Source: Octopus sinensis
Taxonomy: Eukaryota
Direction of reading: 5' to 3'
Assembly: GCF_006345805.1 (NCBI RefSeq)
Contig: NC_043022.1
Location: forward strand, 19,840,001 to 19,904,000
Length of the DNA: 64,000 bases
The notes under the pieces are model-generated. The model was not told where the DNA came from. It worked only from the letters and a program-made list of their open reading frames with translations, and made no database searches. Both the position numbers and the translations under genes were made by a program. Position 1 is the first letter of the stretch. Each line of letters starts with the position of its first letter. Of this stretch, positions 26,134 to 39,203 are shown piece by piece.

Positions 26134-26232
26134 GCTAGGTAGTCGTTGTAGGATCGACTAGTCAGGACTAGCTAGCGCAGATGCGCGACTATTCGAGTGC
26201 GCGCACCGGGACCACAGTTCTCAAGTAATACC
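26134..26232. mobile_element. Solo terminus related to M2
   Basis: GTAGGATCGACTAG...GCTAGCGCAGATGCGCG...GTAATACC resembles the right TIR end at 1765-1838. Confidence 0.55.
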
Positions 26233-26892
26233 TTAAAACCGTCTGTGTGTGTGTGTTTGTCCCCTACCACCGCTTGATAGGCGGTGTTGATTTGTTTATG
26301 TCCCGTAATTTAGGCTTCTCGGCATAAGAGTTCCATTCAATAAGTTCCAGGCTTTAACAAAAATAGGTAATGGGGTCGATCATTCAACTAAAATTTTTCT
26401 GGGCGTTGCCCCGTGCATGTCAACGGTAAATTATACAAATGGTTACGTTCGCAATGCCTCCATTCGAAGGCCTTCACACTCAGAATTGACTTAAGGCAAA
26501 ATAACAACATATGGGCACTTCGGGGTGGAAATGGAAGCCAAATCTCCCATAAATCTCACAAAATTGTATTCAGGAAAGAAGGAAACTCTCAACAAGGTAC
26601 TTCTAGAAATATAATGTAAAAGAAAGAACAAAAAGCACGGTCGCGGCAATAAATCTTCATTCGTAGAACCGTGAGCATAATACGTTTCTCAAGGGAGATA
26701 ACTAACAAGGGAAATAACTAATAAAACACTCAAATACGACGGGATATACGTAAACTTTCCCTTCAATTAAAACTACATATCTCATCTATCTATCTGTCTG
26801 CTACACATCACGCACGCTTATTTCACACAAATACACACACACATTCTCTCTCTCCCTCTCTTTCTAACTCTCTCACTCTTTCTTTCTCCCGC

Positions 26893-27236
26893 TCCATCAA
26901 TTTTATTCAAAATAACATTTTCCTATAACTTCGTTCCGATGTTATTGGGAGTTATGTCCCCTGACGCAAAAAAAAGACAAAATGCAGGTAGAGTAGAAAC
27001 GTGTTAGTATATCGCTCAGGAATGTGTATGTATGTGTGTGTACGTACGTACACCTATGTATACGTACGTATACATACGTGTACGTGCGTACATACATGCA
27101 TGCATATTCCTGAGCGTTATACTAACACGCTTTCTACAACACCTGTCTTTCGTCTTTTTTCCTGTCAGGGGAGATAACTCTCAATAACATCTAAACGATG
27201 TTATAGGAAAATGTTATTTTGAATATAATTGATGGA
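26893..27236. repeat. Long imperfect palindrome with ~130-bp arms around a microsatellite
   Basis: 26893-27023 is the reverse complement of 27106-27236. The arms include the E2 3' tail (ATTCCTGAGCGTTATACTAA). Confidence 0.85.
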
Positions 27237-27316
27237 TCGTATGTATACGTACGTAAATAAATAAATATGCATGTATATATATATATATGTATGCATGTGT
27301 GTATATATATATATGC

Positions 27317-27348
<32 letters not shown>

Positions 27349-27849
27349 GCATGCTTGTATGTGAATATATATATATATATAAACGTATGCATTATGTATA
27401 TATATATGTATACATATATAAGTATGCATGTACGTATATATATATGTATGCATGTATATATACATGTATGTATATATACATATATATATACATATTTATA
27501 TATACGTACAAGTATATATGTATACATATATATATATATACACATATCTGTATACATATATACACGTTTGTATATATGCATGATGCATATATACATGTTT
27601 GTATATTTACATGTATGCATACATACATGTGTGTATATATGCATACATACATGTGCGTGTGTACATACATACATGTATGCGTATATATGCATGTATACAT
27701 ACATAAATGTCCATGTAAGTATATATATATATATATACATATAGTGGTTGTCTACTCCTTATATAGAGTTCGACCACTTCCTGTACCTGCACCTTATCAC
27801 CATCATGGCACTGATGTGGCTTTTTAAACCAGACAATATTCTGAAAATT

Positions 27850-28860
27850 TTTCTCAATCATTACATTATTACCTAGATCTCTTTTGAGTCTTACTTACGT
27901 TATCCTGGCCTCTTCAAATGCTTTCACTCCACTCTACACCTTTGCTCGCCATCCAACTCGATCTGAAGCAAAGGTTTCTATGTCTTCTGTAACCATTCCA
28001 ATTGACTTCATAGCAGTCCTTAAACCTTTTATTAGGTTTACACTGATAGTGTTTCCCTTCTGCAAGCTCAACATAAAATATCTGTTTTTGCATGCGTTTA
28101 TCTGCCATTCGATCAATATGGCCACACCATCTCAATTGGTTCCTCAAAATCATAGCTTTAATTGAGGTAATGCCTGCAGATGCAAGGACATCTGTCTTGA
28201 AGTGAAAGAAATCCATTTAATGTTTAAAATGCGATGGAGGCATTTTTGGTGGAATTGTTCTAACAATTTAAAATGCCTTTCATAACAAGTCCAAATTTCA
28301 CAGGAATACAACAGGGATGGTAAGGCAAATGATTTGTAAAAAGCCAGCTTTGTATTCTTATTTATATGACGCTGGCACCAAACGCGTGACTCCAAGCCAC
28401 CAAATGCTTTTGCTGCCCTTTGAATTAGCCACTGTATTTCTGTATCAAGATTTCCATCATTTTGAACAGAGCTTCTGAGGTAGACGAACGAATCAACAAG
28501 CATCTTAGTAGGGTTACTAACAGCACCACATGCAGGTCGATGCATTACAACTGTTTTTCTCAAGTTGATGGTCAAGCCAGAATCATCACAAGCTGAGTCA
28601 AATGCAGATACAAGAGATCACAGACCTGTTTCAGAGTGACTGACAAGATCATAATCGTCAGCATACAAAAGTTCCCTAATGAGTGCTACTGGTAACATGT
28701 AATCCAGTACAACCTGTCCCATGGTCAGGTTGTCAGCGACTAAATTGGCAACCCCACCACGCTTGCTTGGTGAGGAGGGTATTGTTGGACACTCAGCAGG
28801 ATGAAAAATAAGACCTGTCAAAGGGCAGATGAACTCCTGAAAAGTCAACGACCATCCAAC
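27850..28860 (-). mobile_element. RTE-clade (BovB/AviRTE-like) LINE, degenerate and probably internally deleted
   Basis: IRELLYADD..SHSE, TINLRKTVVMH.P, LPSLLYSCEIWT, QLRWCGH and QIFYVELAEGK..KRFKD across frameshifts. A non-coding 5'-UTR-like block joins just upstream of the YADD motif. Confidence 0.85.
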
Positions 28861-28946
28861 ATATATATATATATATATATATTACAAATATAATATATAT
28901 ATGCATATATATATATATACACCTATACAATATATATACACACACA

Positions 28947-28996
<50 letters not shown>

Positions 28997-29455
28997 AATA
29001 TATAATATAATATATATATATACACCTATACAATATATATACACACATGCATATTATATATATATATACACCTATACAATATATATATACACACATGCAT
29101 AATATATATATATATATATATATATCAAATATATAATATATATGCATATATATATATATACACCTATACAATATATATACACACATGCATATATATATAT
29201 ATATATATATATACAAATATATAATAATATGCATATATATATATATACACCTATACAATATATACACACATGCATATATATATATATATATATATAATTA
29301 TATATATATGCATATATATATTATATATACACCTATACAATATATACACACATGCATATATACATATATATATATATATATACAATATATAATATATATA
29401 TATATATATATGCATATATATATATTACACCTATACAATATATATACACACATGC

Positions 29456-29486
<31 letters not shown>

Positions 29487-29500
29487 GATACACACACATG
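28861..29500. repeat. Minisatellite: CACCTATACAATATATA(TA)CACACATGC units separated by variable (TA)n
   Basis: Seven copies of CCTATACAA counted. Confidence 0.9.
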
Positions 29501-30549
29501 CACATATATATATATAAGCACACTATTTTGTGTTTTTCACTTTTTGGTCTTTAAGAACACAGAAATAACATTAAATAAAAAAAATAAAACAAAATGAGAA
29601 AATAATAAACATTAATTGAAACAGCAGTTATCCTTTATTTGTTTATGAAAAGAAGTAGGCGAAAAGTAATTATAATATTATATCAGTTTTTAAAAACATT
29701 GACAGTGGTAATTCACAAAGCAGTATAAATTAAGAACCGAATAAAACTTGAACCACAACTCGTTTCGGTTTTTCTTTCTTTTTGGTGGGAGGGGCAGTTT
29801 CTGGGTGGTGATAGTCATATATTTTATTTTATTATATTTGTTTGTTTTTTTTGCCATATGTTGATATGGAGGATCAGGTATACTGTAACTGCATCTGACT
29901 GGCGGCAAATCTTATATATACATCCATGTGCACACACATGCATATATGCACACTTATTTTCAAACAGACACATAAGTATTTGGCACATAAACACACACAT
30001 ATACACCTACATAATAAGAGAAATAAAAAATAAAAACTATGGATGTATATATCTGTGAGTACAAGTGTATGTGTGTGTGTGCATTCATAGATAGATGGAG
30101 AGGAAATTGAAAAATGTGTTGGTTCCACGTTTTTGCTCCAGGAATCTACAACTAAATTCTTCCATTCACCTTTTTATTGTCTAAAAGAGTTCATGCAGTG
30201 AGAAGCACTAAGTAGCAATGCAGTGAAGTGGAGGTTTTCATACATACACACATACATATATTGGTGTGTGTGTGCTGGTGCCATGCAAAAAGCATTATTG
30301 ATGGTACCACGTAAAAGGCACCTGATGCACTCTGTAAAGTGGTTGGTGTTAGGAAGGGCATTCCACTGTAGGAACCAAGTCAAAACGGACAGTGGAATCT
30401 GGTGCAACTCTTGACCTTGTCAATTCCTGTCAAGCTGTCCATGGAAAATGGACATTAAATGTCGATGATGATGATGTACATATTTTTTAACATATAATGT
30501 AAAAGGAAAAAATTGTGTTCTGGACTCTTATGCAAATTGTCAGAAAGGA

Positions 30550-31089
30550 TCACAAGAGCTTAATGACCACCTCGAGAACACAGTTTCCACAAAAACTATT
30601 CACCGGGAGCTGCACAAAGCCAGATTTCATGAGAGGGCTACAATTAGAAGACCACTACTTTCAAAAACAAACATTGCAAAGCGTTTAGTGTGGAGTAAAA
30701 ACCTACAGAATTGGTCCCTAGAGCAGTGGAAGAATGTTATTTTCTCGGACGAATCATTCTTTACCTTATTTCCGACCACCAGCTGAGTATATGCGTGGAG
30801 ACAGCCAAAGGCAGCATTTGACCTAGACCAACTGTTAAACATGAAAGAGGATCTGTGATCTGAGGGGGGGGGGCCTATATCTTGGAAATTTGCTGGCCCA
30901 ATGGTTTCCCTTCACGGCAGAATTAATAGTCATGACTATTTAAGCATTTTATCTGATCAAATTCATCCTATGGTTGTGGAACTGTTTCCGGAGTGAAACA
31001 CAATCTTTCAGGATGATAATGCACCAGTTCACACAGCTAAAGTTGTTACTGAATGGCACAAGGAACATTCTAGTGAAGTTGGACATCTT
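30550..31089 (+). mobile_element. Tc1-family transposase fragment
   Basis: VSTKTIHRELHK, WKNVIFSDES, PTVKH and [13 protein letters not shown], with stops and frameshifts. Confidence 0.9.
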
Positions 31090-31399
31090 ATGTATGTATA
31101 CATATATGTATATGTATGTATACATATATATATGTATATATATACATGTATGTATATATATACATGTATGTATACATATGTATATGTATACATACATATA
31201 TGTATATGTATATACATGTATGTATATATATATATACATGTATGTACACATATGTATATGTATACATGTATGTACATATATGTATATGTATACATGTATG
31301 TCTCAATATACGTGTTGATGTACCTAGATTCAATTGAATCCTTTCTTTCTCTCTCTAATTCCAGGCCCTACGCTACCAACTCAATGCTAAATGACATGC

Positions 31400-32075
31400 A
31401 GACAGGATACACTGGCCCAGGAGGAATTGAAATCCCTGAATCAAAATCAGTGCTTGACCTGGGCATTGATTTGAGCAAAGATGCATCCTTCCAAGTGCGT
31501 ATTACCAATTTGGTAATAAAATGCAGATGGCTGACTGGTTGGATCCTCTGAAGTTTCAAAACAAGAGAAAAGGAGACAGGACATACGTTCTCAGCTTCTT
31601 AGACTCTTGCTCCCAACTTTAAAAATCCATGGTGGAACTTGAAGCAATCCAACGAAGCTACACTAAGAAAATCGTCTCACTGCAACATGTCAGTTTCTGG
31701 GAAAGGCTTAAAGAATTAAAACTCTTCTCCCTGGAGTGAAGGCGAGAAAGATATGCAGTGATATACATCTGGAAAATCTTTGAAGGCCTTGTACCAAACT
31801 TTGGCATTGAAAGTTATTCAAACTGCATCACCATCAAAATACAGGACCAGATACTGCAACAGCTTGGGCTTCAAAGGTCCACAGCTCTTTAATATCCTTC
31901 CAAAATGCCTAAGAGACCTGCATGGTGTGGATGAAAGTGCCTTTAAAACAAAACTGAATCTCGTCCTGTTACAGATTCCAGATGAACCTACCTCACGGCA
32001 GGAAACACAGATGAGGGCAGCAGCATCAAATGCCCTCACTCACCAAATGACTGCAGCTTTGCAGCTGAAACATTA
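31400..32075 (+). mobile_element. CR1-group LINE 3' region
   Basis: DLGIDLS, ELEAIQRSYTKKI, ERLKELKLFSLE.RRERY and GPQLFNILPKCLRDL..IPDEP..RAAASN. Confidence 0.85.
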
Positions 32076-32500
32076 AAAAAATCGTGTGTGTGTGTGTATA
32101 TGTATATATATATAGATATAGGGTAAAAATTATTAATTTATAATTAATAAATTTCACCAAGTAGTTTCGGTATGGAAAGGAACCATATTCAGTAAAATCT
32201 TATACAAGAAGTTTTATATATAATTATAACAATAATTAAGGATTTAGCAACAAGTTGCTTAACCACATACCGAAAAATTTAGAAATAGCAGCCAAAAGAG
32301 CGTTATTTCTTTTCGCTACAAAATATGACTCCACAGATGACCCTCTCTGTAAAAAAACACAGGCAAAAAAAGAAGGAAAACAATGAAATCAGTCTTCATT
32401 TAATTATGGACGCGTTTCTGGATTAGAGTTATAAAACTCATTTATACACTCTGTGTGTATATACATATATATATATGTATACACACACACACACAAAATC

Positions 32501-32532
<32 letters not shown>

Positions 32533-32800
32533 TCCAACTCCTGTTTGTCGACCAGCATTGGTGTGTTTGCATCCGCATAATGTAGTGGTTTGGAAAAAGA
32601 GACTGATGGAATAAAGAGCCAGGCTTTAAAAAGAAGTGTAGGTGCCCCAGCATGGCCACAGTCTGATGACAGATAAAGATAAAATATATAACTTATCATG
32701 ATTTCAAAAAAGGGATTGAAACCCTCATGCTAAATACTAAGTTATACCTTACCACTAAGCCACCCAAGCAACTCTTATTTCTAGCCTAAAAATAAAAGTA

Positions 32801-33357
32801 TTTAAACCTATTTTTTTAATGATTGGACACAATTATAGATTTAAGTATCTCATCTGTGACAGCAATTATTGGGGGGACCCAGTAGACTCGTGGGTAAAGG
32901 TGTACGTAGGTGAGCAGTGCGATGTTAGTAACCTTGTCCTGGGGGGATCAAGTCAGGGTGTGGGAGAGATTCTTTTATTTTTTTTTGTTTCAAGGATGCT
33001 AAAAAAAAAAAAAATAAAAGAATCTCTCCTACACCCTGATTTGATCCCCCCAGGACAAGGTTGCTAACATCCCCCTTCACACTGCTCACACCTTTACCCA
33101 CGAGTCTGCCGGGTCCCCCCAATAATTGCTGTCGAGGATGAGATACTTAAATCTATTTTTATTAATGATTGGACACAATTATAGATTTAAGTATCTCATC
33201 TGTGACAGCAATTATTGGGGGGACCCGGTGGACTCGTGGGTAAAGGTGTGAGCAGTGTGAAGGGGAATGTTAGCAACCTTGTCCTGGGGGGATCAAATCA
33301 GGGTGTGGGAGAGATTCTTTTATTTTTTTTTTTTCAAAGATGCTAAAAAAAAAAATA
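32801..33357. repeat. Direct-inverted-direct triplication of a ~150-bp segment
   Basis: Copies at 32836-32986 (+), 33006-33155 (-) and 33182-33333 (+). Confidence 0.92.
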
Positions 33358-34089
33358 GTTGCAGGCAGAGATTGAAACCTCTATCTTTACACCAGATTAG
33401 TAATTAAATTACCAACCCTTTTACCCACTAAGCCACCAAACCTCACCTTGTAAAACTGAAAATATGAGATATTTAAACCTATTTTTAATATTGAGTTGAT
33501 GCTGTGGCAGATTTCGTTATCTTAATTTCTACAGAAATTAATGGGGGGGGGAGTAAGGGTGCAGATAGATAAAGTGTGATAGGACATCCTTTTTTTTTTT
33601 TTTTTGATCAACAAGAGTTTAAAAATAAACAACCCCACCTTAACAGTAGCTCTAAGTAGAGTTTGAAACTTCTATCATCTTACAACGTTATTGATGTTAA
33701 TTATGAACATCTTTATCCAGGTGGGGGCCATCTCAGCAGCAACAAGAACAAGCTTAAGAGTGGGATATTTGAATCTATTCCCATTAAGGATCTGATGCTG
33801 TAATGGATTTCAATATCTCGTTTTTCACTGAATGAGTGGGTGAATGGCATGGTGGGGCAGAACAACAGCTTAGATGGAAGATTCTGTCCAGGGTTCAGGG
33901 CAGAGTGCAAATGAAAATTGTATCATAAATTTCCCTTATATATAATTTTCTTTTTTTTTATGTCTCTATAAATTTTTTTTTTTCAATGTTAAACAAGCAT
34001 CTTTATGGGACAAGTTGAAACTTCTACCTACACCACACAACCATCAGTGCAACAGCTGAAATCAGTTTCAAAATAGGATATCTAAACCT

Positions 34090-34375
34090 ATTTTCGTTAT
34101 TCGTCCGTTGCCAGCCTCGCCTGGCCCTCGTGCCGGTGGCACATAAAAAGCACCATCCGTTCGTGGCCGTTTGCCAGCTCTGTCTGGCACCAGTGCGGGT
34201 GGCACGTAAAAAGCACCCACTACACTCACGGAGTGGTTGGCGTTAGGAAGGGCATCCAGCCGTAGAAACACTGCCAGATTTGACTGGGCCTGATGAAGCC
34301 TTCTGGCTTCACAGACCCCAGTAGAACCGTCCAACCCATGCTAGCATGGAAAACGGACGCTAAAAAAGGAAATGA
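34090..34375 (+). mobile_element. SINE-like family D (GTTGGCGTTAGGAAGGGCATCC core, (GAT)n tail)
   Basis: Homologous copies at 34865-35015 (+), 35660-35890 (-), 52205-52410 (-) and an old one at 30270-30480. Confidence 0.75.
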
Positions 34376-34499
34376 TGAAAAATGAATGAAATAATAATAA
34401 TAATATGATGGAATATTATTCGAAACTTACAGTGAAAAATTCAATTTAGAAATATTAAATCAAATTTCACAAAATATAATATATATATATATATATAAA

Positions 34500-34697
34500 T
34501 TAGAAAAAAACCCACCTTTTACCAATTCAAAATGAAAAATTAAATTACACCATCTAGAAAATTACATATAATAGAATGATTAAATACAAGATAAAAAATA
34601 TAATGATGATTAAGTAATGTGCAAAATAATAAATAAATACGTTTTATTTATTATTTTAATTTTTCATTTTGAATTGATAAAAGGTGGTTTTTTCTAA
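34500..34697. mobile_element. (TA)n-flanked element end with a short inverted copy (family F)
   Basis: 34500-34544 is the reverse complement of 34654-34697. Single homologues at 48620-48715 and 53400-53530. Confidence 0.65.
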
Positions 34698-35896
34698 TAT
34701 ATATATATATATATGCCAGCATGGAAGGCAGATGTTAAACGATGATGATGATGTATTTACTTGAGGGAGTGAACAAGTAAACTTATCACTCTATGTTTCT
34801 TATCTAGCTGAAGCACCTGATGCAAGTGTTATGCAGTGAACTCTACTCAACATAGCTAATCATCAGAGTGGTTGGCGTAAGGAAGGGCATCCAGCTGTAG
34901 AAACTCTGCCAGATCAGATTGGAGCCTGGCGCAGCCATCTGGTTCGCCAGCCCTCAGTCAAAATCGTCCAACCCATGCTAGCATGGAAAGCGGACGTTAA
35001 ACGATGATGATGATATGTCCTTATGACTCTAAAAGGAATCGGCAGATTTCAAACCTTCACATTTGTTCCATAGTTAAGGCTGTTTATAGAATAACACTCA
35101 GACATGTTTCATCGTGTTATAAAGTAATTCTTAGCAACAGAAGCAGTAATAATACCAAAAGATAACCTTTATATCTGACTTAACTTGAATGCCTTATTAG
35201 AACACCAAATACTACATTATTAGACTTGAGAGATCCTTTCATTTCAGTGTTTGATGTATAAAAGTACACGAAATTCAGGTCATAAAATTTCATCTGTTAC
35301 GTCCAATGTCTGTGCTTTTATGCACGAGGCACCAATATGAGAGGGTCTCTCAAGGAAATTGGTGTTCTGACAAGGCATCCATCTTCTGTTGGATATAAAG
35401 ATGTTTAAAAAAAATTTCATTGTCTTTTGATTTTGTTTTCTTACTATATTCATGTTGATATATACTACCTTCCTTTACCATCATCATCTAGCCCTTTTTA
35501 TTTGTGCCAACAGCAGGTAATCAGATGACACTTGCACTGCATTATTACACCAGTGGTGATGGGGATAGTAGTGGTGGTGGTGGTGGTGATAGTGGTTCAT
35601 ACATCATCTATCTATCCTTGTTTATCAGTAATTTGGTTCTTAGAAGAAAAAAAATATATATCATCATCATCGTTTAACGTCCGTTTTCCGCGCTAGCACG
35701 GGTTGGACGGTTTGACCGGGGGTCTGGGAAGCCAGGGGCTGCACCAGGCTCCAGTCTGATCTGGCAGTGTTTCTACAGCTGGATGCCCTTCCTAACGCCA
35801 ACCACTCCGCAAGTGTAGTGGGTGCTTTTTACATGCCACCGGCACAGGTGCCAGGGGAGTCTGGCATTGGCCACGATCGGTTGGTGCTTTTGTGAC

Positions 35897-36091
35897 CGCA
35901 TGTGTACTGTTGGCGATTTTTTTCCCTCCATCTTCCCTTCTTCGGATCTTTCCTTTTCCTATGTTTCTGACGAAGAGCTCCGCTCAAAACGTTAAACCCT
36001 CCTTCTTTTCTGAACGTCCAATAACACTACACTTGTTCCACGTCCTCGCGTTGTTGTGCTTTCTCTTTGTGTTTTCATGTTTGGATTAACT
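35897..36091 (+). mobile_element. Element E1 copy
   Basis: Hammerhead at 35963-35997 with G12 changed to A, so probably inactive. Confidence 0.8.
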
Positions 36092-36122
<31 letters not shown>

Positions 36123-36139
36123 AATGAATCATCTCCTCA

Positions 36140-36385
36140 TACTTTATGATTGACTTGAATGGTAGATTCACTGACACCAAAAATCTTGGCCCACAGCAGT
36201 GAGGTTTCCACATATTTTCTTGATCATCTCTACCTTTTCCTATAAAGAATACAATCTTCTGCATTGTTTGATAGCCTCGTATGGGAACAAATAATAAACC
36301 GACACCAAACTCGTGGTTCACAGCAATAAAGCTTCCACCACCATGACTTTTCTTGATCATCTCTTTTTTGGTAGACAATACACAT
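36140..36385 (-). pseudogene. pogo/Tigger-like psq helix-turn-helix remnant
   Basis: Frameshifted RRLYSL*EKVEMIKK..AKIFGVSESTI, preceded by a similar KEMIKKSHGGGSFIAVNHEFGVG. Confidence 0.45.
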
Positions 36386-37013
36386 ATGCTCATCAGATGC
36401 TAGGATCAGGAATCTTCATATTTCATCTGTTTGCCAGTTTCATGTTGAGAGTTACGAGTATGTGAAAAAAATGCAGCCTCAAAACATGGTTATGTAAACA
36501 AGCAATTGTCATTATATTCTGGGTGATCACTGAAGCTGGATTTTCCCCTAAAAGTAGAATCAACTGATTATCAACCCTTGTTATCACAGATCACTCCATC
36601 AAAAGCGTAACATGGTTCACAATTGAGCATACCTTTTCTTTATCCAGGGTCAGTGATGAATGAATCAGTGATAAACAAAGCTACAGGTAGTACTTGTGGT
36701 GGTTGTGATAGTAGTACTAGTAGTGGTGATGGTAGTGACAGTGGTGGTGGTTGTATATTGTAGTACTTTGAACATGGCTTAATGAGAGGAGAAAGGGCAG
36801 GCACCATAGAACAGGGCCTCCGAAGCAGGTGGGAGGAAAGAGAGGATAGAAGTTATTTTAAGATCAATACTCCATGTCAATCCTTCAGAACTGAGTATGG
36901 TAAAACATGTCCAGGGGCCAGGAAGTGTTCACTTTTAACCTGAGCAAAGGTTTAAATCCACATATTTAGCTATTAAATCTTTGGTTGGAGGCCCAACCTT
37001 TGGAATTCTTTTA

Positions 37014-37083
37014 CAGGGCTTAGAAAAACTGACAGACCACTACAATAAGTATGTGAATCTGAGAGGGGAATACATTGAATAAA
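37014..37083 (+). mobile_element. mariner transposase C-terminal remnant
   Basis: GLEKLTDHYNKYVNLRGEYIE* matches the usual mariner end (GI.KL..RW.KC....G.Y.E). Confidence 0.6.
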
Positions 37084-37105
37084 ATAATTAAATGTTTATC
37101 CTGTA

Positions 37106-37396
37106 CTAGCAGTATCGCCCGGCGTTGCTCGGGTTTGTAAGGGAAATAACTATATAAGCATTTTTAGAGAGTTACTTCCCTTATATAATAGCAAAAAAAT
37201 GCATTAAAAATGGGAAAAAATTATGGTAGATTTTTTTTTAAATCGTAGACTCGTGCTAATACCCAGAAGGGCTCGATATGAATCACGACTATAAGATACC
37301 CGCTTTTGGTTAAACTGCACCGCAAAATGTGGGAGTAGTTAGGAATCTAAATCGTAGGAGACAGACACCACACAACTTTTCTTTTATATATATAGA
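37106..37396 (-). mobile_element. Non-autonomous Helitron
   Basis: Minus strand starts TCTATATATATAAAAG and ends with the hairpin CCCG-AGCAACGC-CGGG then CTAG. Inserted between A and T. Confidence 0.85.
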
Positions 37397-37790
37397 TTTT
37401 CTTTTACCCAAAGCCAGGAACTTTTTAGCACCCTTTGTGTGTGTGTGTGTATGTATGTGCATGTAATAATGGGTAGCTTTTTCAGCAGTCTTGTTACTCA
37501 GCTTTGAAAGATGTATCCTTCAAAAACAAATTGTAGGTGTGTCAGTGTAAATTCATGGTGGGTGTGTCCATGCATGTCAATCTGCCTATATTTTCCATGT
37601 TTGTACTTTAAAACAATTGTAGGTATATCAGTGCAACATATTGTGTGTCATTGTAAAACCTTAGTGGGTGTGACTGTGTAAGACCTTGATGGGCGTGTCA
37701 ATGTAAGACCTTGATGGGCATGCCAGAGTTAAACTTCAGTGGGTGTGTCAGTGTAAAACCATTCTGCCAATCAGAAACCTTTGTATCATT

Positions 37791-38109
37791 TTATTCCAGG
37801 TGGAAAGGTTGAAACAAAGAAACATGAATTAAACCATAATTAATAATCAGTATGCCAGTGGTCTTCAAGGAAGCAAAACTATTTTGAAGCAATGTGTGTG
37901 TGTGTGTGTGTGTGTGTGCACGCTTGTGCGTGTGAGCACAAAATTGATGCTGTGTCATCGGAGCAGTTTCAACTGCATCTGGATGTGCTGTAGAGGCTGC
38001 ATCAGTGACGGAGAGGGAGGGGACAGAAGATGCATGAGGCAGTGTGACATTGCTGGAGGAGATGATACTACTGGAAGGGGATGAAATTGTGCTGATCTCC
38101 AGTTGATGG
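37791..38109 (-). CDS. Candidate terminal exon, S/T-rich, of an unidentified gene
   Basis: CTGAT branch-like site and CCTTCCTCAG acceptor, then a 105-aa phase-2 ORF HQLEISTISSPSSS... No transcript evidence. Confidence 0.3.
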
Positions 38110-38609
38110 CTGAGGAAGGCAGTGTTCCACAGTGCAATCAGTATAGAAAATACATAAATATATGTTGTTGACATCATAAGAATTTGTAAATTTTTGAAAG
38201 AATGTGAAATAATTCTTTTTCTTTTTTTTAAAATAAAAATAATGTATCTCAAAGCATATACAGCTCTAAAATAACAATGTAAATACTGGTTTCAAAAATG
38301 CTTTTGGGGAGAAAAAAATGAAAACTGTATCATATCTGAGATGTGGGTTTGCATCTTATGAGCAGCCTTTAAATTTTCTATCCAAAAGGGTCCTTTACAA
38401 ATGTATTCTTAAATATATTCTTTTACTTGTTTCAATCATTTGACAGTGGCCATACTGGGGCAGCACCTTGACAGAGAATGAGTTCCCATGCCAGCAATCA
38501 AATCCAGCCCATCTAGGTGAATATATATATTGTCTTTTTTTGTAATCAATAAATAATAATTGATGTTTATCAATTATCATTATTATTTCCATTTTCTTAC
38601 TTTTCCTTT

Positions 38610-38649
<40 letters not shown>

Positions 38650-39027
38650 GATGATGGGGTTTTTCTTGTTCTAGTCCTCCTCCAAATCCATTTACAAGAC
38701 TTTGGTCAGCCTGAGGCTACAGGAGACACTTACCCAAGGTGCCTCAAAGTGGGACTTAATGCCAAACCAAGAGACTGGGATGCAAGCTTCTTACTGTGCC
38801 TGCACCTTTAATATATAATTTTTCCCTTAGGGGTTCAACTCTAAATAGAATAAGCTATAAATAACAGTGTGCAAATACAGAAAATTTCGAAGGCAGTCCC
38901 ATGGGCAGTTTCAACATTTTCTGTCCTAAGGGTTTGTCAGTTCAATATTTACAAGCAGCTTTATCTGTTTCAAGTTTCATTGTTCCAAAAAGAAATTATT
39001 TCACATTCACTTCAGTTTCTAAATTCT

Positions 39028-39059
<32 letters not shown>

Positions 39060-39203
39060 AATATATATATGAGGGTATTGTAGTTCGCTTGAAGTATTGT
39101 TTGTAGAATATAACATGTCTTGAATGGCACAACAATGCAACTTCATATATACATACATATATGCATAACTGTTATAATATAATTATCCATAGTCTGATAT
39201 AAT

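Noticed and set aside
28861-29500. CRISPR-like repeat-spacer pattern
   Set aside because: Spacers are only (TA)n, the context is eukaryotic, and no cas genes are present.
33713-33910. 65-aa ORF or LINE zinc-knuckle remnant
   Set aside because: No motif strong enough to assign.
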